64,000 bases of DNA from Eukaryota sp. TZLM1-RC. Its lineage: Eukaryota > Protista > Metamonada: BaSk clade. The translations under genes were made by a program, and so were the position numbers. The notes under the pieces were generated by a model, which saw nothing but the letters and a program-made list of their open reading frames with translations, made no database searches and was not told the origin of the DNA. Below are positions 1-12,306 of the stretch, piece by piece. The first letter of the stretch is position 1; the number at the start of each line of letters is the position of its first letter. The stretch is from contig JAUPSS010000003.1 in NCBI GenBank assembly GCA_040285825.1, forward strand, positions 1,488,001 through 1,552,000, read 5' to 3'.

Positions 1-590
1 GTGGCAAACAAAGCTGGTTTCAACTCTAATTTTGAAATCAGAATAGGCTTTGTAAATTGTATGGGTGTATTCTTGACTTACTCACTTTAGATTGTTCTCT
101 CTTTCACTCCATCCCATGCAACTCATTAAATCTAAGTCCTGTTTCTGATATACATTCTAGAATTGAGGCAATAATACCACTAGTCACTAGGCATGATTAT
201 GCAAATAATCCAGTCGATATCTGCTCTGGTGTTGAAGCTGCTTTGGAGCTTTTATCCCAAGCTAAAGCCACTAGTTTTAATTTAATTTCTATTCTTGGGT
301 TTTCACCCCCTCATGGCACAAAATTCAACTGTGGGGTGGATGATCTACCCTTCTCCTCTTCCCAAGAGTCTCAGTGGGAGGACAGGTGGGAAACGGTTTT
401 GGAACGATCAGCTGAGTTTAATCCACGTTATCTATTTTGTCCTATTGGTGACCATTCTTATTTTCGACCCTTAATAGATTATTTCAGTTGCAGTCTTGAC
501 AAGGGTAACATTAACCAGACTGTAGGTGATGATTTATTTCCTGTTATTGAAAATATTTGTAAGTCATGCTATGAGGATTTTCTTTTATGA
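1..590 (+). CDS. vWA-domain protein, 5'-partial; exons 1-58 and 91-590
   Basis: Frame 1 reads VANKAGFNSNFEIRIGFVN. Removing a GT..AG segment at 59-90 joins it in frame (TAT, Tyr) to the 57..590 ORF. The motifs RIGFVxY, PVDICSGVEAAL and SPPHG resemble vWA domains of the DAPPHG type. Confidence 0.6.
59..90 (+). other. Putative 32-nt spliceosomal intron
   Basis: GTATGG...TTACTCACTTTAG. Removal restores a continuous reading frame, and the branch-like TACTCAC lies 5 nt from the end. Confidence 0.7.
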
Positions 591-787
591 TTTCCTAATA
601 ATTATATAATAAAACGACTATTTTTTATTCGAAATTTATTTACAAATAACCAAAATCAAATCACAAACGCACAATTCAATGAACAATTCCCAAAAAATCA
701 ACATAATCACTTTTCAAAAAGATACAAAAACCCTGAAAAATGAACACTGTTGAACCAGCTTCAATAATTCATTTTTAATAATCAAAT

Positions 788-1705
788 CTACCAACCATCA
801 CAAAATTTTTGCTCAAAACAACCATAATCCTTTCCTTTAACTACACTGCCTTGAACTAGCTTGTAAACCCTTGGCCATTCTAAAATACGTCGTTCTTTAG
901 GAACATTGACCGAAACTACTTCCCATTCACTAGCCAAGACTGACAAACCGTCGAGAACAGCAAAAACAACACCATCCATTCCCTGAGACGATAATAATCT
1001 TCTTCTAATAGTGGTATTTGGAATATTGATTAGATCTAATAAATCTTTGCAGACAGATATCACACCAAGAGCAAAAGGCCAATCAAATTTGATTGAATGT
1101 TCATGGATAGCTTTCCCATAATTTAGTTCCCCCATCCTTAATAAAATAGTAATAGGCATTAAGCCAACACCTCTGAAATCTCTGACAGGATTAGGTCCTT
1201 GGAATCCTAGATCTAACCAATACTTGGAATTTAATACATCTGAAGGAACATGTCCAAACCAATGCTGGTGAACACGAGAGCATAGAGCTAGAGTCTCCTG
1301 AGAGATGGTGGAAGGGTCTGCGGGATTGGGGTTGTGGTGTTTGACAAGCGATTGTAAGGTGGCGAAGGTGGAACTGAGGTGCTTGTAAAAGGTAAAATAG
1401 TAAGACAGCGCACAGAAGAGGGAAGATGACGTGGAAGAAAAGGAAAGTGAACGCAGAATAGAGATAGAAGAAAGATTGTCACAGGAGGGAGATGTGGGTG
1501 GTAGGATCCCGCGTTTAAGTAGGAGCGAGTCTAGTTCGGTTAAAAGAGCTGTTGCACTAACACTAGGAGGTATATGGTTACATGAAGCAAGTTTGAGAAG
1601 AATTTGTTTGGGTCGGGTCCTTTGTAACCATTTCAAAAGGAATGCAGCAAGTATTGAAATAACAAGAAACAGTGAAAGGATGTGGATGTATTGCTGAAAG
1701 ATCAT
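788..1705 (-). CDS. ELMO/CED-12 domain protein (ELMOD-like) with N-terminal hydrophobic helix
   Basis: Signature WLDLGFQGPNPVRDFRGVG and WPFALGVI. Confidence 0.85.
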   Translation of the reverse strand: MIFQQYIHILSLFLVISILAAFLLKWLQRTRPKQILLKLASCNHIPPSVSATALLTELDSLLLKRGILPPTSPSCDNLSSISILRSLSFSSTSSSLFCALSYYFTFYKHLSSTFATLQSLVKHHNPNPADPSTISQETLALCSRVHQHWFGHVPSDVLNSKYWLDLGFQGPNPVRDFRGVGLMPITILLRMGELNYGKAIHEHSIKFDWPFALGVISVCKDLLDLINIPNTTIRRRLLSSQGMDGVVFAVLDGLSVLASEWEVVSVNVPKERRILEWPRVYKLVQGSVVKGKDYGCFEQKFCDGW

Positions 1706-1709
1706 TATT

Positions 1710-2990
1710 ACAGATATTGTCTATAACAATGAAATAAGTGTCCTATTTACAGTAATGTTGAGGGTGAGTTTTTGAGAAGATTTTCTCCTCCACCATCTAC
1801 TTATGCTTCCATCACTGACATCAATTTAGCGACGCAAAAATCCTCAGGTTCATTCAGTATACATGGTTTTGAATTGGAAGCAACCTTCTCGTGATGACGC
1901 CAGTCCAAAGCGTTGCCTTTCAGATCATCTCACTTATCAACTAGATAAAGAGCTTGTTAGTGATCTAGATTTCAATAAGGACTATAGTAAAGCTACGAAT
2001 GACTTCTTCAATCGTTTCAATGTCCATGTTCAGTTTCACATACATCCTCTTTGTCGTAACCCAGTTAATGGGAAAAATACCGTTAACTGGGTTACGACAA
2101 AGAGGATGTATGTGAAACTGAACATGGACATTGAAACGATTGAAGAAGTCATTCGTAGCTTTACTATAGTCCTTATTGAAATCTAGATCACTAACAAGCT
2201 CTTTATCTAGTTGATAAGTGAGATGATCTGAAAGGCAACGCTTTGGACTGGCGTCATCACGAGAAGGTTGCTTCCAATTCAAAACCATGTATACTGAATG
2301 AACCTGAGGATTTTTGAGCGAACCATACATAGTACCAGAGTTCTGCAAACCACACACTGCGTGAAGAAATGGACAATTGTCAATTGGTCGTATAGACAGC
2401 GGATGCCTCTTCCATAACCTGGAATTTTTGCTTAATCATAATGTTTCAACTGTTTTCTCCACTTACAATTGAAACAACAGCAACTGGTTGGAAACTCATC
2501 AATTCAAAAGCCCTTGTTACCAGCCTTTTAAAATTCAATTCTCAAATCTTCTCTTTGTATTGTCATTGAATTTCATGTGTTTTCGTTGTTCCCAGTCTCC
2601 AATTCCAATAACTACTTGGCTGATCGCTTGTTTCTGATTTGAAGCTTTGAATCCGTTTTTGCCTAAGACTTTGTACCATTTGTCTCACCCCATTGTCTCA
2701 GTTTTCTGAATAATTCTAGATGATAAATTTCTCTTATGATGTCATTTATATAATTGTTTTCCTGACTATACTGCATAACTCTCTTAAAGCTGGATTTTTT
2801 GAGGTTGAACTGGGATAAAGTTGCTTCCCATTCTGCTATAGATTTAGTTTTTTGTTCCTCAATACCCAAGTTCAACGAGTAATCAATTTCGTGGGGAATG
2901 TTGATGTCTTGAGATACTGAGGTATTGTTGTTTAGATCCATCCTTTGTTGTTGAGCTTCAGATAGTTCTTAACTAGATGCATTAATTACT
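1710..2990 (-). mobile_element. Decayed Fanzor (TnpB-derived) element, family A copy 1
   Basis: Remnants include AEWEATLSQFN, ELFRKLRQW and VIGIGDWEQRKHMKF. It is homologous to 18086-18720 and 40990-41680, and its 3' terminal block is identical to copy 2. The left boundary is approximate. Confidence 0.8.
1835..2316. repeat. Perfect inverted repeat (234-bp arms at 1835-2068 and 2083-2316, 14-nt spacer)
   Basis: The arms are exact reverse complements, which is why near-identical peptides appear in ORFs 1863..2186(+) and 1965..2357(-). The spacer is TGGGAAAAATACCG. Confidence 0.97.
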
Positions 2991-3144
2991 TTGCCAGTAG
3001 ACTTACGAAATGATACTAAAAAGTCATTCCGCATACTATCTCTTGACTCTTACATTTGGTACTTTCACACTAGCACACTAAAGTCCTGCTGTTTTGACTG
3101 CTGTTGAAACCAACATAATTGAGGGATTTGAATTGAGTCGATTT

Positions 3145-6100
3145 ATTTTTATTTTTAAATTACTGTATTTTATTCCAATGAGAAACTAAACAACAAACTC
3201 AAAATTCTTAATCTTCATTCATCTTAAATTAGCCAAAAAGAATTGACTTGAGGTTTTTTCTTCATAAAAACAATCAAGAGGTAGATAAGGGATATAGATA
3301 ATCAAGAAGATAATAAGGGGACAACACCTTAAAAATTAAAAATACAATTCTGTTATGTCATAACATTTTGTCAAAAAATCTTCCTGTACGTTGTTTTAAA
3401 ATTTCCACAAAATCGTTCAAGAAAGATAAAGCAAGTGGTCCAAACGTGCCATGTAAGGAAAAAGCAAATGGACAAAGGACATAATGAGTGTGGGATTCAG
3501 CATGCAAGGAAACCAACTTTGCTTTATATTTATCAATTTCAGTATTTTTGGCTACAGACAGCGGATTCCTGTGTTTTGACTGAGCTAACGTTCTAGAAGA
3601 ATTAGTCCACACATCAGTTGATCTCACATCAGTAATGATAGTCGTTCCTTCAAGGCATTCAAGCATTAAATCACTTCTATTTCGGCCACAAGAATTCAAG
3701 GTATCTTCATAACCAAACGAGAGAATAAAGGTTTAAAGTAGGAAACAATTTTGAGTGACTTTGACTCACAATAGAGTTGCTCCCCAACTGCATCATGGAC
3801 GTTTGATTGAAAAGTAATAAGGTGTTGACAATTAAACAGATGATTTGGAGAGGTCTTTGATCCACATTTGCAAATCAAAATTTGAGGAACGTTATCGGCC
3901 CAATAAGACATCGTATTGTACAAGAAAACGTGGTATCATTTAAAAGAAGACCATAAATTTGAAGAATTTGAGTAATAAAACACGAAGAAAAACTGTTTTG
4001 AGCATCTCACCTCAAGTTTGCGAAAAGGGGATTATCATTTTTGGCCCAGCCAAGACGAACATTAAAATCAAAGCCTTCAAAAACTACCGTTGATTTTTGC
4101 TGCAATTTTTAACACAATACCTCAAATTCACAACGTTTTAGGTTGTGTTTCCTGTATCTTATCGGGAAAGTAATTACTTCAAATTTCTGGAGGCAAACAA
4201 TCAACAGGATTTTCAAGGTCTCTTTGATAATTATTATTTGTAGAATTCATTAAATCAACATCATTTTGAAAGCGGTTGCAAAATTCGAAAAGAAAAATTT
4301 TCCCTCCAACAAAAAATAGCAAACTCACTGAGAAAATACGATTTTGTGAGTCAAATTCCACCAAAAATAGATGATGAAAACTCATAACTTCGAAGTAGTG
4401 CAGAGTTGACATCAATGAAAGATGCAAAATTACACCGAAACAACAAAATAGGACCTGAATAAAGGAAATAAAATGTGAAACTTTATATGAACTCTTTGAA
4501 TTTGTTCACCCCTTGACTAAACAAACAACAGCTGGGACTTACCACATCTTCGTCAAATTTGACATCAATTTACATCATTAAAACAACAATCATTAAAACA
4601 GGTTCAGTATCCATTATCACTGTGTCCATTTATCAGTTTGTTTATGATCAACTGTTTTGTGAATGTAGAAAGTTGAAAGCAGGCCAAAGTGTGTAACTGA
4701 AATTCAAAAATATTATTTAATTCTCATTGTCTGTAAACCTTTTATTTCCAGTGATGTGTAAAGTCATGGGCACGTGCCTGTTCTTTTCATCAGTTCTTTG
4801 AACAGCCATTTTGTGACTCTATAGATGGATAGCTCACTAAGGTGATCTCCATGACTCACCTGGTCAGTTTGCTGGCCAAAGTTCTTGATGTACTGTGTTT
4901 TGAACAACAGTCATTTCCTGACCCAGCATCAATTCTGGATCCAGTGTCTTGCTACCAGATGCAATAGGTCATAACTGCCCTGCAACTGCCACTTATGCTG
5001 ACAAAAAATAGATAATTTTGTCAAATTTATACCACCAAATTTAGAGGAGGAAAATACACGATTTCGAATTTGTTCAGGATTGACATTAAGCAAGGATGAA
5101 AAAATTGTGTTATTGGATGGTCGAAAGAGCAGTTGAGCTGACGTGAAATATTTGGGAAAATCATTCTTAAAATGTGAGTTATTTTATCTGAGTAACAAAT
5201 TTCAATAAAAACTTAATATGTCTCCCATTTCAAATGAATAAATTGTATCAAGCTCTGAACCCATTTTCAATAAAACATGATCTAATTCTGCAGTCATTTT
5301 GAAAACATTTCCAAGCCAAAAACCGGGGAAACGAAAATCATCTGAGGAAAAGTTTGCGAAAGGAATTTCAACATCAACAATAGTTAAATTATCTTTAACA
5401 TTTCCTATCAGAAGACACTTGTCAGGGTTGAACAAAAAACCAATATTGTTGTTAGGAAGTGAAGCTTCAGAAGCAATTCATTCAACACATTTAAAGACCA
5501 ATAATCGAAATATCATCCATATATCCTACTACTTTCATTGGGTAACATTTACTGGAATGAATCAAAGATTTGTGAATTGCTAAACAGAACAGTAATATCC
5601 CCAAAAGGATCGCTTTGCTCAACTCCAGATGATAAGAATAATGTACAAGATTCAAAATTAGTCACTGGCTTTGCCATAAAATAAACAAAAATAGCTACAA
5701 TAATTTTGGAAGTTATTTTTAATAATATCATAAACTGTATATAAAAATATCAGTCGATATAGAATGTAAATTTACAGAAAAAAATTACATCAGATTTACC
5801 TGGATCAGCAACAAGAAGGGTCATTCCTTGAAATCGAGGAGGATTTATATCAGGGTCATCTATGTCAATTTCTATATCCTTAAATTGTGTGAATTTAACC
5901 TTTATTTATTCAGGTGCTTTTTGGCAAGAATGAACAATATTGCTCCTCCCTCAATTTTCATAACAGACATGTTTTACTTTGCATTTTCTGAATACAGTGT
6001 TGTGTTTTCAATACTCATTTCTAAAATAGGTCCCACATAGACAAATCATTATTGTGTGAATTTCATTTTTAAAAGGATTCTTATCTTTTACCAAGAATGT

Positions 6101-6530
6101 ACTCAGAATTTCTTTGTTATTATTCTGTTTCCAAAACAGCCTTTGACTGCTAACTGGAGGCTTACTCTACTGTCTGGATTTTCTACTGCTGGAATTCTTT
6201 AAATGATAGATATTATGCATCAATAGCAGGAATTTGTATAGAAAATCATGGTTCATTGAATTTATTTGCATTTGATCTGATAATAATTTACCCCAGTTTG
6301 GTTATTTGATATGATTAACTTCCATTTGAATTTTGGAATGGTTTTTTTGAAGACTTTACTATTGTTGTCATGAAACAATCCATCACTTTTGAATGTTGAT
6401 TTGAAAAAAACATGATCTATGACACACTTTTTCAATCTTTCTAATCTAACAAATTCTTTCCAACATAATATTTTCGTTATATCAATTTTATTATACAAAT
6501 TATTCTGTTTTACAGGATATACTATTGTTT
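3145..6530 (-). mobile_element. Heavily decayed non-LTR retrotransposon (RT + zinc knuckle + restriction-like endonuclease)
   Basis: RT remnants GVEQSDPFG and FNPDKCLLIG; CKCG..HLFNC..HDAV knuckle; RSDL..DV..KYK..PFAFSLHG endonuclease; A-rich tail near 3145. Boundaries are approximate. Confidence 0.75.
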
Positions 6531-6599
6531 TTCAACATCCATAACCATTTCCAAGTTTCTAGAATAGCAAGGGTTCTTTCTGCAAGAATTAAGAGATGA

Positions 6600-6935
6600 A
6601 AATGAATTTCACCCGGTCAAACATCCGGATGATTTCAAATACTGGTGGCACCCAAAAGCTCTCCTATTTTTGCATTTAATGAAGAAATTTCAACACTTGA
6701 TGCGAAACTTAGAACTTATACTTTCCCCACGCACCACATGGAAATATACCTGAAACAACATCTTTTTGATTTAAAATACACGTTTTAAACTTCACAAAAA
6801 CGAATGACCAAAATGTATGAAAACGATTTTTTTAAAACCATATACAACTCAACTGTTTTGGATCGATATCTTCATTTATTGTTATAAGAAAAAGGTGTGG
6901 GAGAATCAGTCATCAGATTTATCACTGTTTCTTAC
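6600..6935 (+). mobile_element. Internal fragment of an R2-family-like non-LTR retrotransposon (R1-R4 are local labels used only in this report)
   Basis: QKRMTKMYENDF and LHLLL*EKGV match QKRLTGMYEKDL and LHSLLLEKGV of the copies at 10.8-11.8 kb and 61.2-62.1 kb. Confidence 0.6.
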
Positions 6936-7399
6936 ACTCACCTGTAACTCACCAGAGGTTCACTCATTGTTGAATTGAAGAAACAATTTCATCATAAGAA
7001 TCAGATCTGCTAAGAAGAAAAATTGTATTTCTCCCCTCATACCTCACCATTCAACTTCGTATCTGACCGTATCTCTTTCTTAAGTCTCAATACTGTCCTT
7101 GATGAGTTCAGATAGTGTCAATGACACTAATCGGAATGCTAAAGCTGTTGAACGAAAGATTTCTAATGATACCCTTGAATCTCAAACTCTCTGTTCACTT
7201 CTTTCTTCCTCATTTTTGTCATCTCATCGTTCTACACTTTCATATTATCTCTTCAAATTTTTTACAAAAAAAATTTAAAAAACCAAAAAATCAATTCCAC
7301 TCCTTGTAAGGCACAATTTCGCTCTTTAAGTTCTGGTGCACGTTCTTTTAACAACTCCAGTTCGAACTGTTCAAAACTGTTTTCACCTGCTTAAATTGG

Positions 7400-10300
7400 A
7401 AAAACTGCAAAAAGTATTCATAATGTCAATCATGGCTCGCATGTTGTTTTTCGTTCTTCTAATCAGAAAAAAAGTCAGTTGCTGACAATTCGCAAGAACA
7501 AAAAGAAAAAATGATTCCTTTAAATCTTGGATCACAATCAAAATGTTTGAAAAGTTCTAAAAAAATGTTCGATTTGTGCTATCAGTGGTCATATTTTAAG
7601 AACATGCCCTGAAAAGCAAAAGAGAGAAATTGAATTAAAATCTGCTCAACAAATTTTTCAATGTTCCATTCCAGTTGATGCCGACTTATATTGTGCTGAA
7701 AATAATGATTCTGATGAACTTCATTTGAATGCTTCTGGTGCTCACTCTCCTTCCTCTTCTGAAAACAATAATTTTTGTTGTCCATTTTGCAAAAAAGATG
7801 TTACAGATTCAAAAAATGGTCAAAAACTATTATTTTGCACCAACTGTAAAGCTGCTGATATTTCAAGACCTTTGATTCAGATTCCAGTAGAAATTAGCCC
7901 CGCCAGTACAATTCCCTTTTCAATGGAAATGCGACGTTTTACTTCTGAATGAAAAAATAATAAGTGAAATATTTTATTCTTTTGGAACTATTTTGCTGGA
8001 AGAAACAAAACTGCTTTAAAAAAATTTTGGAATAAGAAAAATTGTAAAAACAAAAGTTATCCGAAAAATGTGCGTACGTGATCGTTATGGAGCTGCAAAA
8101 CAGTCCTTGTTTTACTCTTCTTTGGCTGTGGCAATTTTTAAAAACCTTGAAAAACTTCAAAAGTTACATCCTCAAGAACATTTCAAGTGCAGCAAGCCTT
8201 ATGTTTGTCCTTTTTGGATTGAAAATCCAATTTCTGCAATTGAAGTTCTTAAAGCTATTCAAAAACTACCAAAAGCAAAAGCAGCATGCCCATCTGGAAT
8301 TTCTTTTGATCTTTTAAAAATAGCGTGTTTCAGTGTTCTGGAAATTGCTAATGCTCTTGCACATTATTTTCAACAATTAATTGTTTTGAAAATTAATCCT
8401 CCATTTGAATTACTTGCTGCACGTCTGATTGCTTTAGTAAAGCCAGGTTATGGAATTAAACCTGATGGAATACGCCCAATTGCTGTTGGTGAATCTTTAT
8501 CTCGTTTGTTAGCATCGATTGTCTTCGATCGTGTCAAAGACAAAGCTTCTAAATTTTTGAATCCTCATCAATTTGAAATAAAAACAATTGATGGTGCTTC
8601 TGTTGCTACTCTTGCCTCTGATACTTTTTTTACTGCACAGGAAAATAACTGTATTTTTAATCTTGACTTTAAAAATGCTTTTAATTCTGTAAAGCGAAAA
8701 GTAATTTTTAGGGAAATTAAACCTGATTTTCCTGAACTATCATGTTTTTCTATCAATTTTATGGTAAAGAATCAGATTTAATTCATTTGGTCTAAAATAA
8801 TCATTTGGTGTGAGACAAGGTGATCCTTTAGGTACATTATTATTTTGCTTAGATATTCACAAAACTTTAAATATCATCAAGCAAAAATACCTTCTATAAA
8901 AATAATTGCTTATATGGATGATATATCCTTGATTAGTTCATTTGATTTACTAGAATTGGTAGCTCACGAAATTTCCCATTCATATGAAAACATTAAGCTT
9001 CATCTTAATGCGAGCAAATGCCTTCTGATTGGCTCTTCTGCTCAAGATCTTGTGATAAACGATTCTGTTGTTCTTTTTACTAATTATAGTAGTGATGCTT
9101 TTAAGTTCCTTGGTTGTTGGTTAGAAAATGCAAATTCACAATGAATTACAAGTTATTTTGGAAAAAATGAAAATTGAACTTGATTCAATCTTTTCCTTAG
9201 ATCTAGAAAAACATATAGAAATTTTTCAAGCTTGAAATTTGCTACATTGGGAGGATAACCCACATTTTGAGATCTTGTGCTCCTTTCATAGCATTAGATT
9301 TTTGTCGTTCCTTTAATTCATTGAGAACAGTATTTTTTGCCGATTTATTGGATGTAGAACCACAAATGGTGAAAAATAACTAATTTTCTTCAGCAATTTT
9401 GGGTGGTATTGGATTTACTAAATCTTCCATTTTGTGTCAATCAGCATTCTTGGATGGAAGCAAGAATTTTATTTATGAATTTTCTCGTAGATTTCTTGAA
9501 GTTTCTCATCTGTTAATTCCCAGTTGCAGTCCATATTTGAATGAGTTATCTTGTCAACTTGATAGATTGCCACCACAAATTTGGAACAAATGTTTTCCCC
9601 AATCAATTCAAGAAATTCCAAACCGATCTCTTTTTGATTTGCAGTTTTGCTGTAGACAACTTCGACAAAAATTGTCAAAGATTTTTGAAAGCTTGGTTTT
9701 TGATGCTAGACTTGGCTTGGCCAAGAAAAAGAATCCCGCTTTTGCAAATCTTTTAAAAAATATGTGTGATAGTACTTCTTCTGCCGTAGTAACAACAATT
9801 CCTCTGGTTTATGTTACTCTCCTAATTGACTCCTTTTGGACTTTGAATATGAGATTATTTTCCTTTATCTGGCCTGATAATTTACCTCATAATTTGATTT
9901 GTGAATGTAGTCGAAAAATGACAATTACTCTTTTGTTAAATTGAAAACATATTATTACTTTTAGAAGCAAGGTTTACGATGCTGTAAGAGGCCAATTATG
10001 CTGTATGTGTAAGTCCCATAGAATTGAATCTTTTTTGGAACTTCTGTTGTCGAATCTGTTGGATACTGAAGATTTTCATAAGAATAATAGAGGTGATGAA
10101 ATATTACCTGGATTAGATGGAAGCTTCATTTTATTGGATGTAATGTCTGTTGATCCTTGTAATACCTCAAATGAAAGGCTTGTTAATTCTGAAATTCATA
10201 ATCCTCTTTCAAATGCTGAAAATTTCAAAATCAAAAAATACAATGAACTTTTGTCCAAATTGTCCAGTCAACAGCCTGCAGAATACAATTTGTATCCATT

Positions 10301-10570
10301 TGTATTTTCTCTTTTTGGTTCACTTGCTCAAACGGCTATTCGTTTTTTGTCAGGTTTTGAAATGATTGAAAAGAGAAGAACTAACAGAAATTTCAACAGA
10401 TTGTTTTGGCAAAATAGAATCGTGTTTTCTATTTTTAAGGGGATGTTGAAGATGGTTTCTGGTACTTGGCTTTCTTTTGGATCTCACTATGAGATAGTTA
10501 GATCTAGTTGTTTCGTTTTGGGATCATTTAGGTGTTGACTTATAAGTATTCTATTAAAAAAATATATTTA
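7400..10570 (+). mobile_element. Near-full-length, frameshifted RLE-type (CRE/SLACS-like) non-LTR retrotransposon, family R1
   Basis: RT motifs GIRPIAVGE, LDFKNAFN, GVRQGDPLG and AYMDD; GGIG thumb motif; C-terminal CxC knuckle followed by RGD..DV..KKY..PFVFSLFG endonuclease; N-terminal CPFC..CTNC. It has multiple stops and frameshifts, and the 5' boundary is approximate. Confidence 0.9.
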
Positions 10571-10835
10571 AAACATTATGAAAAAAACAGAGAGAAATTG
10601 AAAAAACAGAAATTTATCGTTCTCTTTCAAACCTCATTGCTGGAAGAGCCGTATGTTTATGCTCTACCCAAACCTAGCACAAGTTTTAGAAAATTACACG
10701 TCTCGGAGACGTCCCTACGTCTCCGTTTTTTTTACATAGTGAGATAGTCTTAATTCAAGAAACTGAAGACACTGGTATTAAAGATCAAGTTGAAATACGA
10801 TTATTTTATTTTTAAAAATTACAACAAACTTTTAT

Positions 10836-11791
10836 ATTTATTGAATTTGCACACTTAATTAAATTAACTCATAACTAATGGGACGACTATCATTGGACCA
10901 AGATTTCCTCTACAAAATCTTGATCTGCTTGCTGTCTAGCTAAAGCTTCTCTTATTCGATTGAAAAACCGTGGTAATCTATTAATAATGGCAAATTGAAT
11001 CCGTAAACGCCATAAAAAAATTCAAATCTTTTCATTGTTGTTTCTTGCACCATTTTTTGGAAGTCATCCAAAAAAGTTTCTGCTTCAACTGATAATCTTC
11101 CATTTATCGAAAATGGGAAAGCAATAAAAACCAGCTGTGTATTTCTATCGACAATAGCCTCTTCAATATCTTTATCATATTTTCTATGTTTTTCTTTTGC
11201 TTTAAAATCCAGAGCAGCCACAGGATTAAGTTTTCTTCTGTGAACCAAAGTATCATTTGCAACATTACATGAGACAAAGTCAACAATAGCTTCAGAATTA
11301 TCAATCCAATCACAGTATACATCACCTCTATCATCACAACCAAAATTATTCAGAGAAAGTGTTTCCTTCAGCAGGGGCTCTTTGATACACGATATCCTTG
11401 CAGTTTGTGCCATATTGAAAACAGTGTCTCTAACAGCATCATGTAATGAAGAACGATAAGTTATCAATTTAGAGCAATTTAGAGCATGGCGCAAAGTGAG
11501 TTGAGGGAAATTCGAACAAATACATTTTTCTTTTGATAATAATTGGTGAATGGGGATGTTCAAATATAATCTCATTTTTGTTACAAATGCTTCATTAGTG
11601 GCACACAATCCAAATCTTCGTGGTACAATGGTTACAAAAAGTGAAGAATCTGACGCCTTGTTTTCACAAACACCCTTTTCCAATAACAATGAGTGAAGAT
11701 CTTGATTTAAAACAGCCGAGCTGCAAATATTATTATAAAGATCTTTTTCATACATTCCAGTCAATCGTTTCTGTAATGTTCGAAGAGTGTA
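10836..11791 (-). mobile_element. 5'-truncated RLE non-LTR retrotransposon, family R2
   Basis: CICS..HALNC..RSSLHD, KEP, RGDV..DF, KHRKY. Nearly identical to 61171-62116, with the same 3' UTR ending TCAATAAATA. Confidence 0.9.
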
Positions 11792-12306
11792 CAAAAAACT
11801 AAAAACATACATAAAAAAGAGAGTTGTAGATATTGGGTGTTCAAAATTCCATTTCGAGACCTTGAAGAAGAGGATCAGAGTCCTTTTCGTCAATACTTAC
11901 ACTTTCGGTACTCGTGAGATCAATTTCTTTATCATCAATGGTTACATCATCTTCCTCTTCAATAACGCGAGACATTTAGTTACCAATTTGGGGATAATCT
12001 TCGGTATAGAAGTTAACAGCAAATGATCTTTGTTTCTTCAGAAGTTGAAGATTCATAAAGAAAAAAATAAAAGAAAAAGAGATTGTATTGTGAAATGAAA
12101 AATGCTGGAAACACCAAAAAAGTACATTTCAGAAACATCTCCGGAGACGTGAATCTCCGAAACGCGTCTCCGCCAAAAATTAGACGTCTCGTGCAACAAT
12201 ACCAAAAACCTCAGAACGCAATAAATAACAAACAAGAGTGGATGTACACTCCCTACATGTCCAAAAAATATGGAAAGTAATTCAAAAACAAATTCTTTAA
12301 TAATAA

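Noticed and set aside
1863-2357. Two ORFs with near-identical peptides on opposite strands
   Set aside because: A direct consequence of the palindrome, not evidence for two genes.
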